Source of the DNA: Gammaproteobacteria bacterium | GTDB taxonomy: Bacteria; Pseudomonadota; Gammaproteobacteria; GCA-001735895 | NCBI GenBank assembly: GCA_024225395.1 | Contig: JAAEMR010000174.1 | Span: forward strand, 6,057-70,056 | Direction of reading: 5' to 3' | DNA: 64,000 nucleotides | Shown: one piece after another, positions 27,899-35,715 of the stretch | Layout of the letters: every line of letters begins with the position of its first letter | How positions within the stretch are numbered: the first letter of the stretch is position 1 | Made by a program: the position numbers and the translations under genes | Notes under the pieces: generated by a model | What the model saw: the letters and a program-made list of their open reading frames with translations, nothing else | Databases searched by the model: none | Told to the model about the DNA's origin: nothing

Positions 27899-27916
27899 TT
27901 GCAATGACTGTGCCAA
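27899..27916 (-). promoter_or_regulatory. Sigma-54 promoter TTGGCACAGTCATTGCAA (minus strand), perfect TGGCAC-N5-TTGCA, about 145 bp upstream of the STAS-sugar transferase start
   Basis: Exact match to the consensus -24 TGGCAC and -12 TTGCA with canonical spacing. Confidence 0.6.
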
Positions 27917-28149
27917 CGTTTTTGATAACGTTTTTTACTGGTTTATCCGCTTCTATTTTCAGAATGCATTGCAATATGCTTTTTCATCGAAGGTATTTTC
28001 GCGGGATGCTTATATTTGAGAAATTTTCAACCCAAATTTTATTTCTCAGTTCATCACAAAATGCATAAACTTAAAATTCTCACTAAGCCCATATGCAGCT
28101 CAACATGTAACTCGTTGATTTTTGAATTATTAAATATATATTTAATGTC

Positions 28150-28166
28150 TGGCATGATCTCTGCAG
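28150..28166 (+). promoter_or_regulatory. Sigma-54 type promoter-like element TGGCATGATCTCTGCAG about 195 bp upstream of the SypE-like gene
   Basis: Near-identical to the 19273 element. Correct GG/GC spacing. Confidence 0.5.
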
Positions 28167-28358
28167 TGTTTGCTAACACCACCACTCAATTGCGGAGTTA
28201 CAGATGAATACTGAATATACCAACCAGGCTAATATATATGCATTGGGATCTACTCAAATACGTCCCGAACAAGAACAGGTTGGCAACATAGATGAATTAT
28301 TACGTGAAATTAGCCGCCTGGATCCTGCTATTAACGGGTTGACCTAATAATTAATAAA

Positions 28359-29933
28359 ATGGTTTCAGCAAAGCAACTTACTAAATCTGGAGATATAAAT
28401 TCAGTGAATCGTCTACTCATAGAAAACCAGCAACCGGCAACACTCGAATCCGTTCGTGAGCTACGCCATTTACTGGAACAGGTAACTCTGATGAGGGTTC
28501 CACAATCATTCATAAAAAAACGTATGCTGCTTTGCCTGTCAGAAGCAGCCACAAACCTGATACAACATGCTTCAACCAGGTTGAGTCAGATCACCATGCG
28601 TTTCGGAAAAAACAACACCGGCTGGTGGCTGGAAATTTTAGATGATGGCAATGCATTGGACCCAGCCAATGCAGTATTACCAAATAGTCTGGATAAATTT
28701 AGTGAATCCGAAAGTGATCGAGGTCTATCATTATTGAATAGCTTGTGTGACCATTTTGAATATCAGGCAGCCAGCAGTGGTAACGAGTTGAACAGACTAA
28801 GACTTCTGTGGAATAGCCCGGCACAGAATACTCGACCCCATATCCTTTTGGTAGAAGATGATAATTCCCTGCGTAAATTGTATGAACTTTACCTGGCAGA
28901 AACATTAGAAGTTACCACTGCAGCCAGTGGTCAGGAAGCATTATTGAAGCTAGAAACAGAGCAGATCGACCTGGTATTATCAGATATCTGCATGCCACAA
29001 ATGGATGGCATAGCATTACGCGAGCAACTGATCACAGACAGCAATTCACGCTTGATTCCTTTCATATTTCTAACTGCGATGGGTGATACTGCTCATGTTG
29101 AAAAAGCCACCAGTCTGGGTATTGATGACTATCTGACCAAACCGATAAAGAAAGAACAGTTAATCATAACCATTCAGCGTGTGTTGAAACGATCTGAGCA
29201 AGTCTACCAACAGTTGACTGACCGCATAGATGAGGGAATCACTTCTTCACTCGCACCCAGTGTACCGAAAATGAATAATAACTGGAATCTTGGCATCGCA
29301 AATCGTCACACTGGCAGCGGTGGAGGGGATCTTTTGTTACACCGGTCAGGCAAAGATTTTATGCAGATAATGCTCACCGATATCATGGGGCATGATGATT
29401 GTGCCAAATTTTTTGCTCATGCCTGTGGTGGCTATCTCAGAGGATTGATGAATGCCGCTACTTCAGATAGAAATCCTGCGAAGTTACTGGATCAAATGTC
29501 TGACTTTTGTCTACAGGATCAACTGATGTCAAAAATAACTCTGACCAGTTGCTCAGCTGTTTTATCGAATAACGGTGAGATCACCCTGGCCTGCGCCGGA
29601 CACCCACCGCCACTGCTAATCACCCCGAAAGGCATCAGCAAACTACAAGTCAGCGGTATACTACCTGGTCTGATTCCCGATACCAATTATCAATCGACAA
29701 CATTTAAGGTGGCGGCAGATGAAAGAATCGTCCTGTATACCGATGGACTATTTGAGTCTGCAGCAGATGAAAAACTTCGGCAACAACTAGAACAGCGAAT
29801 AACTTCAGAGCTCGTTAATACCCTGAATGACCCCATTGAACAGGCACTGGAAAAAATAATGGCCGTTTTTGATGAACTGGGGGGATCACCGCCTAAGGAT
29901 GATGTACTGTTGCTTTTAATGGCGCCGGTTTAA
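28359..29933 (+). CDS. SypE-like three-domain regulator: N-terminal RsbW-type Ser kinase (HATPase_c_2), central REC receiver, C-terminal PP2C/SpoIIE Ser phosphatase
   Basis: N-terminus …LCLSEAATNLIQHAS…WWLEILDDGNALDP…. REC …ILLVEDDNSLRKLYELYL…DLVLSDICMPQMDG…LTAMGD…. PP2C …GGDLLLHRS…DIMGHDDCAKFFAH…ACAGHPPPLLI…LYTDGLFE…. Confidence 0.8.
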   Translation: MVSAKQLTKSGDINSVNRLLIENQQPATLESVRELRHLLEQVTLMRVPQSFIKKRMLLCLSEAATNLIQHASTRLSQITMRFGKNNTGWWLEILDDGNALDPANAVLPNSLDKFSESESDRGLSLLNSLCDHFEYQAASSGNELNRLRLLWNSPAQNTRPHILLVEDDNSLRKLYELYLAETLEVTTAASGQEALLKLETEQIDLVLSDICMPQMDGIALREQLITDSNSRLIPFIFLTAMGDTAHVEKATSLGIDDYLTKPIKKEQLIITIQRVLKRSEQVYQQLTDRIDEGITSSLAPSVPKMNNNWNLGIANRHTGSGGGDLLLHRSGKDFMQIMLTDIMGHDDCAKFFAHACGGYLRGLMNAATSDRNPAKLLDQMSDFCLQDQLMSKITLTSCSAVLSNNGEITLACAGHPPPLLITPKGISKLQVSGILPGLIPDTNYQSTTFKVAADERIVLYTDGLFESAADEKLRQQLEQRITSELVNTLNDPIEQALEKIMAVFDELGGSPPKDDVLLLLMAPV

Positions 29934-29967
29934 CTTAACTAATGGCAGTTTGATCAAAAGCAGTTAA

Positions 29968-30210
29968 CACAAATCCACACCATTGACCTATTCCTCATCG
30001 ATCTAACTCTAGAGGATGGTAATGGCCTTAACATTGCCAGAAATATCGGTGAAAAATCAACTGTTGGTATCATCATTGTCTCTGGAAAAACCCGTGATAT
30101 TGATCGAGTTGTCGGGTTGGAGATTGGAGCCGATGACGACATCAGCAAACCTTATTTATCCACGTGAGCTATTAGCCCGTGTTCGACCGTTCTTCGACGA
30201 ACAGAAGGCA
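29968..30210 (+). pseudogene. Remnant of an OmpR-family (ArcA/TorR-like) response-regulator gene: internal REC fragment with a frameshift, lacking both N-terminus and wHTH domain
   Basis: Translation …IDLFLIDLTLEDGNGLNIARNIGEKSTVGIIIVSGKTRDIDRVVGLEIGADDDISKPY then a +1 shift to PRELLARVRP… resembles ArcA/TorR residues about 50-125. No start codon, no phospho-acceptor region, no DNA-binding domain. Confidence 0.55.
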
Positions 30211-30342
30211 ACCGCTATCCTGACAAAAAGAAAACTTTTACTCCGAAAAAGTATCATTCTCAATAATTTAAAAAACAGTACACAACATATAGCACCAGGT
30301 TTTATTGATATTAATGATATTTTAAATATTGACTAAATTAAG

Positions 30343-30358
30343 TGGCATAGATATTGCA
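30343..30358 (+). promoter_or_regulatory. Sigma-54 promoter TGGCATAGATATTGCA about 65 bp upstream of the REC-PBP-HK-EBP operon
   Basis: TGGCAT-N5-TTGCA with canonical spacing. A TTCTCAA motif lies about 85 bp upstream. Confidence 0.55.
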
Positions 30359-30423
30359 GGTACTCATTAGTAATCAGCCATAGAAAACAGGCTAATTTAA
30401 TTTTTGAGGTTGAGGAAAACTAA

Positions 30424-30843
30424 ATGCTATTTGTTAACAATAAACAAAAAATACTGGTAATAGACGATGATGCCGGCCTGCGCAGACAGCTTAGCTTTCG
30501 ACTGGAAAAACGCGAAAGTCTCAAAGTCATAGAAGCAGAGAATGGACAGAGCGGACTGACTCAGGCCAACAATCAGAATCCTGATTTAATTATTCTCGAC
30601 TGGATGCTGCCGGACATTCAGGGCCCAGAGGTGCTCAATCAACTCAAAAATCATGATCAAACCCGTATGATTCCGGTATTAATGCTCACCGGGAAAAATA
30701 AAATTGGCGATATCGAAGATGCATTTGATCTGGGTGCTGATGCGTATTTAGTCAAACCCTTCAATTTGCAAGATTTGGCAGGAAAAGTGAATAAATTATT
30801 AAATCAGTCTAGCAAAAATGACATCCAATCCTATACTATTTAA
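30424..30843 (+). CDS. Single-domain response regulator (CheY-like receiver)
   Basis: …KILVIDDDAGLRRQL…DLIILDWMLPDIQGPEV…VLMLTGKNKIGD…LGADAYLVKPF…. Confidence 0.8.
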   Translation: MLFVNNKQKILVIDDDAGLRRQLSFRLEKRESLKVIEAENGQSGLTQANNQNPDLIILDWMLPDIQGPEVLNQLKNHDQTRMIPVLMLTGKNKIGDIEDAFDLGADAYLVKPFNLQDLAGKVNKLLNQSSKNDIQSYTI

Positions 30844-30865
30844 ACTACTTGCTGGAGATAACTGC

Positions 30866-31705
30866 ATGAAAACTCTTTTGACCATAACCATTCTTTTATT
30901 CAGCCTTACCTCCATAACCGCCCAGGCAGATGTAAATCTTAAATTTGGTGTTTATACTTCTGATAAACCCACAACGATGGTCAAAATGTTTCGCCCTATA
31001 CTCAACATACTTGAACAGGAAATGACAAATAAAATAGGCGAGCCTGTCAACATCACTTTGCATGTGGCTAAAAGCTATGATCAGGGTATCAATGACCTTG
31101 TTAGCGGACAGGTTGATTTTGCACGAATGGGGCCTGCATCCTACATCACCAGTAAAGAACAAAATTCTGAGCTGCAACTACTCGCGATGGAAAGCAAAAA
31201 AGGTAAAAAGGTATTTTATGGCATTATATGTGTTCAGGATCAAAGTCCAATAAACAAGTTAACTCAAATTAAGGGCCATAGCTTTGCATTTGGTGATAAA
31301 CGTTCAACCATCGGTCGTTACCTATCTCAATACCAGCTTGCACAACAGGGTATATATGCTAGAGATTTAAGCAGTTATGAATACCTGGGTCGACATGATA
31401 GAGTTGGCACCGCAGTTGGCGCAGGTCAATTCGATGCAGGTGCGCTCAAGGAAAGTACTTTTAAAAAGCTAAAAGCAAAAGGAGTAAAAATTCGTGAGAT
31501 CTCTCGATTTCCCAATGTCACTAAACCCTGGATTGCCAGTAGTAATTTGAATAAAAAATTATTTTCTACGCTAAAAGAAAGTTTGCTTGAACTTACCGAT
31601 GTCACGGCATTAAAAGTCTTAAAGAAACAGGGATTCCTTTCTGCCAGTGATGATGATTACAATATTATTCGCAAATCGATGTTAAGTAATGCCACTTTTT
31701 TCTAA
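30866..31705 (+). CDS. Periplasmic solute-binding protein, PhnD/SsuA-like fold; probable ligand-sensing partner of the adjacent hybrid kinase
   Basis: Signal peptide MKTLLTITILLFSLTSITAQA, then …LKFGVYTSDKP…FRPILNILEQE… typical of phosphonate-type PBPs. No ABC permease or ATPase genes adjacent. ATG at 30866. Confidence 0.65.
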   Translation: MKTLLTITILLFSLTSITAQADVNLKFGVYTSDKPTTMVKMFRPILNILEQEMTNKIGEPVNITLHVAKSYDQGINDLVSGQVDFARMGPASYITSKEQNSELQLLAMESKKGKKVFYGIICVQDQSPINKLTQIKGHSFAFGDKRSTIGRYLSQYQLAQQGIYARDLSSYEYLGRHDRVGTAVGAGQFDAGALKESTFKKLKAKGVKIREISRFPNVTKPWIASSNLNKKLFSTLKESLLELTDVTALKVLKKQGFLSASDDDYNIIRKSMLSNATFF

Positions 31706-31755
31706 AAACAAACAATAGTCAACCCTACGTAAAAAGCTGTTGATAGTTAGATTAG

Positions 31756-34086
31756 ATGAAGCCTGCCCCTCAACCCTCTACTAAACGACGTTGGCCACTC
31801 TGGTCCCAGATGGCGCTGGCACTGGTAGCGGCCCTGCTGGTCGTTAACCTGATCACTGTTATTTTTACTCGCCATATAGTCAGTGATTTTACATTAGATC
31901 AGGTTGAGGAAATTAGCCGCAGCTCTTTTGCACTGCTAACCGCAACAGCCATCGATGCGGTGATTACTGAAGACATTCCACTACTGGAAACAATTGCTGC
32001 GCACTCACTAGAGAAAACACCCAGCATGATCAGTCTTAGAATGGAAAATGAACAGGGTAAGTTGCTGGCTCAACAATCACGTCCACAGACCACGGCCGAT
32101 GACAAGATACGCAGCTACCGTTATGCCATCAAATTCGAAGGTGAGCAATTCGGTACTTTAAATATCCGATGGGATATACAGCCGATTGAAACAAAGATCA
32201 ACAATCATGTTATCAAAGTCCAGCTGTTTATATCTGCCATGCTTATTCTGCTAACACTCCTCACGGTTATACTCATTTACTGGCTTAGCATTCGACCAGT
32301 TCACCGTATTACTCACTATCTAACTTTACTATCGAAAAATAGCCAGCAGTTACCCCTGAAACTGCCTGTTTTTACAAGTAGTGAACTGGAATTACTATCG
32401 ACCTCAGCCAATGAACTTTCTGAGATGATGCAACAGCAAGTTAAACGTGAAAGAGAGCTACTTTCAACACGGGAGGAACTGTTGATTGCCCATGATGAAG
32501 CTCTCAGTGCCAACCGGGCCAAATCGGGTTTCCTGGCGACTATGAGCCATGAAATACGCACCCCCATTAATGCCATACTGGGAATTCTGGGACTATTAAA
32601 AGACACTTCCCTGAGTGAATATCAACAGCAACTGGTACAAACAGGCCGTGGATCAGGTGAGCTTCTGCTAACCATTATTAATGATGTTCTTGACTTTTCC
32701 AAAATGGAAGCTGACAAATTACAACTGGAGTACAGTGGTTTTAATATCCATCACCTGTTTGCCCAGGGAATTGAAATTCTTAAGCACCAGGCCGATGAGA
32801 AGGGGTTAACTTTTATTCTTATTATGGATCCAGGCTTACCCCGTTATGCCAAAGGCGATCCGGATCGAATTCGCCAGATTTTGATTAATCTGATCAACAA
32901 TGCGATCAAATTCACTGCCAGCGGCTGTATTACCGTCAAAGTATCGCTTTTAAAAGATAACGATGAAAGTTTTTCATTACACTGCTCGGTACAGGATACC
33001 GGCATCGGCATCGACGAAGATCATCTGGCTGGTATTTTCGATGAATTTACTATGGTTGATCAAACTCATTCTCGGCATCATGAGGGATCAGGCCTGGGTC
33101 TGGCTATTTGCAATCGTCTGGTCAATCTTATGCAAGGCAGTATATACTGTGAAAGTGAACCGACAAAAGGCAGTATATTTTCCTTTAGTATTCAACTGCA
33201 GCACATACAGGAGGATGAATGTACCAATATTACAATTCCTATAGCTGAAGTTGCAACAATAATTCCGGGCAGAGATATTCGTATCCTGCTGGCGGAAGAC
33301 AATACAGCCAACCAGTTTGTTATCAAGAATATGCTGAAATACGCAGGTTTGCAGGTAGATATAGTTGCCAATGGCCTTGAGGCCGTTGAGGCTATTCGTA
33401 ACCTTCCTTATGATATAGTTCTAATGGATATTTCCATGCCGGAAATGGATGGTCTAACGGCCACTCAGGAAATTCGAAAATACCCGGAACCTGCAGGCAA
33501 ACTTCCCATTATAGCTATTACCGCTCATGCTCTGTCAGGAGACCGGGAGCGTTTTATTAATGCGGGCATGAATGATTACCTGAGTAAACCCATTGACCGC
33601 GATCTCATGCTGAACTGCATTGCACGCTGGACAAAGGATCATACCATTCATCAACATGACGAAAACAGCCTGCAACATTCGGATACCGATAATCTGCAAG
33701 CCAAAAATGAAGATCACTATGTTGATGAACAGGTATTAAAACAATTGGTACGTGATACTGACGCTGAAATAGTGCCAGAGATACTATTGTTTTACATTGA
33801 AGATGCTAAAAAAAGATCGCAATTAATTAGTCAGGCAATTACAGAAGATAATTTCAAGGCCCTGGAATTTGAAACACATACTTTAGGAAGCAGTGCAGCC
33901 GCTCATGGTAATGAAAAGCTGCATCAGCTAGCCCGTAAAATTGAACACAGCTGTAAACAATATAATTTAAAACAAGCCCTGTTAGAAGCGAAGACATTGT
34001 CTAATGTAGCCAATGAATCCTTTCGTCTATTGGCTCAATACGCTAACAAAGGGTTCAAGTCAGATAATTGGAAAATAAAAGAATGA
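31756..34086 (+). CDS. Hybrid sensor histidine kinase (TM-periplasmic-TM, HisKA, HATPase, REC, Hpt; SypF-like)
   Basis: H-box …SHEIRTPINAILGIL…. G-boxes …DTGIGI…GSGLGLAI…. REC …ILLAEDNTANQ…DIVLMDISMPEMDG…. Hpt …HTLGSSAAAHG…. Confidence 0.85.
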   Translation: MKPAPQPSTKRRWPLWSQMALALVAALLVVNLITVIFTRHIVSDFTLDQVEEISRSSFALLTATAIDAVITEDIPLLETIAAHSLEKTPSMISLRMENEQGKLLAQQSRPQTTADDKIRSYRYAIKFEGEQFGTLNIRWDIQPIETKINNHVIKVQLFISAMLILLTLLTVILIYWLSIRPVHRITHYLTLLSKNSQQLPLKLPVFTSSELELLSTSANELSEMMQQQVKRERELLSTREELLIAHDEALSANRAKSGFLATMSHEIRTPINAILGILGLLKDTSLSEYQQQLVQTGRGSGELLLTIINDVLDFSKMEADKLQLEYSGFNIHHLFAQGIEILKHQADEKGLTFILIMDPGLPRYAKGDPDRIRQILINLINNAIKFTASGCITVKVSLLKDNDESFSLHCSVQDTGIGIDEDHLAGIFDEFTMVDQTHSRHHEGSGLGLAICNRLVNLMQGSIYCESEPTKGSIFSFSIQLQHIQEDECTNITIPIAEVATIIPGRDIRILLAEDNTANQFVIKNMLKYAGLQVDIVANGLEAVEAIRNLPYDIVLMDISMPEMDGLTATQEIRKYPEPAGKLPIIAITAHALSGDRERFINAGMNDYLSKPIDRDLMLNCIARWTKDHTIHQHDENSLQHSDTDNLQAKNEDHYVDEQVLKQLVRDTDAEIVPEILLFYIEDAKKRSQLISQAITEDNFKALEFETHTLGSSAAAHGNEKLHQLARKIEHSCKQYNLKQALLEAKTLSNVANESFRLLAQYANKGFKSDNWKIKE

Positions 34087-35486
34087 GTGATAAACCCAGC
34101 ATAATTTTAATTGAAGATGACCTGTCTCAGGCACGGCTTGTCCAGCAATATCTCAAGCATGAGATGATTACACTTACCCACGTGGCTACCGGTGAAGAAG
34201 CCAAATCGCTTATCTCGGCTAATCCACCCGAACTGGTTTTACTTGACTTGCAGCTACCCGACATGGATGGACAGAAAATTCTTCAGTGGATACGGGAGCA
34301 GGGATTTCCATGTTCAGTTATTGTCATTACCGCCCACAGTTCCGTTGATATTGCCGTAGAAGTCATGCGTATCGGTGCAGAAGATTTTCTGGAAAAACCT
34401 TTTAATGCTAGCAGGTTAAAAACCACCATTAAAAACTTGCTGGATAAAAATCGTTTACAGCATATTGTAGATAATTATCAAACCACTTTCGAACGAGATC
34501 ATTATCATGGATTTATAGGCTCCTGTTTGCCAATGCAAGCTGTTTACCGGATCATTGATGCTGCGGCTCCCAGTAAAGCTTCTGTTTTTATCACTGGAGA
34601 GAGTGGAACAGGCAAAGAAGTATGCGCCGAAGCAATCCAGAAACAGAGTACACGCGCCAACCAACCTTTTATTGCCTTAAACTGCGCGGCTATTCCGCAT
34701 GATTTAATGGAAAGCGAAATTTTTGGCCATATGAAAGGAGCTTTTACCGGTGCTGCTACCGAACGTAAAGGCGCGGCTACACTAGCAGATGGAGGTACAT
34801 TATTTCTGGATGAAATTGGTGAGATGGACATGGATCTGCAAACCAAACTATTACGTTTTATTCAGACCAGTAGCTTTCAGAGGGTTGGTAGCAGTAAGCA
34901 GGAAACTGTAGATGTACGTTTTATCTGTGCCACCAACAAAGATCCACTTGAAGCCATAGCCAATGGCCGCTTCAGAGAAGACCTTTACTATCGATTGCAC
35001 GTCGTACCGCTTGATCTACCTCCTTTACGTGATCGAGGTGATGATATTTTGGAATTAGCCAAACATTTTCTTATAACCTATGCCAAAGAAGAAAATAAGG
35101 GGTTCGAGAATTTCACCCCCGAAGTAGAGGTTATCCTTCGAAGTTACAATTGGCCGGGTAATGTACGCCAATTGCAAAATGTCATTCATAATATCGTTGT
35201 ATTACATGAAAATAAAAGTGTCGTTTTAGCACACCTCCCTCCCCCGCTTAATACCTCATTAAATGAGAATGAAATATCCCAGTTAATTCCGACAAAACAA
35301 TCAACTAAAACCTTTGAGCAACCCCATCTTACCCCGATAAGACCCCTGGCCAGTGTTGAACGAGAAACCATCGAACAGGCAATTGAACTCTGTGAAGGAA
35401 ATATTCCTAAAGCTGCAGCTCTTCTTGAGGTTAGCCCATCTACCATTTATCGAAAGAAACAAGGTTGGGATCCCGATGCTTTTTAA
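34083..35486 (+). CDS. Sigma-54-dependent response regulator / enhancer-binding protein (NtrC family; SypG-like)
   Basis: REC (…IILIEDD…LVLLDLQLPDMDG…), AAA+ (GESGTGKE, GAFTGA, …ESELFGH…) and a C-terminal Fis-type HTH. ATGA overlap with the kinase stop (alternative start at 34068). Confidence 0.85.
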   Translation: MSDKPSIILIEDDLSQARLVQQYLKHEMITLTHVATGEEAKSLISANPPELVLLDLQLPDMDGQKILQWIREQGFPCSVIVITAHSSVDIAVEVMRIGAEDFLEKPFNASRLKTTIKNLLDKNRLQHIVDNYQTTFERDHYHGFIGSCLPMQAVYRIIDAAAPSKASVFITGESGTGKEVCAEAIQKQSTRANQPFIALNCAAIPHDLMESEIFGHMKGAFTGAATERKGAATLADGGTLFLDEIGEMDMDLQTKLLRFIQTSSFQRVGSSKQETVDVRFICATNKDPLEAIANGRFREDLYYRLHVVPLDLPPLRDRGDDILELAKHFLITYAKEENKGFENFTPEVEVILRSYNWPGNVRQLQNVIHNIVVLHENKSVVLAHLPPPLNTSLNENEISQLIPTKQSTKTFEQPHLTPIRPLASVERETIEQAIELCEGNIPKAAALLEVSPSTIYRKKQGWDPDAF

Positions 35487-35540
35487 CAGGAAAACCACTC
35501 AAAATTGTGACATAAAACACTATATTTTAATTGGCTAGCC

Positions 35541-35566
35541 AGAAAGTGTCTGATTTGACACTTTCT
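35541..35566. promoter_or_regulatory. 10-bp perfect inverted repeat AGAAAGTGTC-N6-GACACTTTCT between the EBP gene and the BCCT gene (terminator hairpin or operator)
   Basis: Seen in sequence. Not followed by a U-tract. Confidence 0.3.
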
Positions 35567-35715
35567 GCTTAATAGCATCAGGAATCAGTAAATTCAGACA
35601 AATTACAGGTCTCAAGGTAAATTATAAGTCGCATTTAAGACGGTAAAAAAAAATCTATTCTGTTCATATACAAAAGCTTTATCCCTCTACCTAAGAGAGA
35701 AAATAATAATTATTA

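Noticed and set aside
27758-27916. N-terminal extension of the STAS-transferase ORF (387-aa version starting at 27916)
   Set aside because: The extension would contain the gene's own perfect sigma-54 promoter (27899-27916). An in-frame ATG at 27757 has a GGAGAAG RBS, and the extension sequence is low-complexity and unlike STAS.
30866-31705. Considered calling the PhnD-like binding protein part of a phosphonate ABC transporter
   Set aside because: No cognate permease or ATPase genes are adjacent. Its position inside the HK/EBP operon favours a sensor-accessory role instead.
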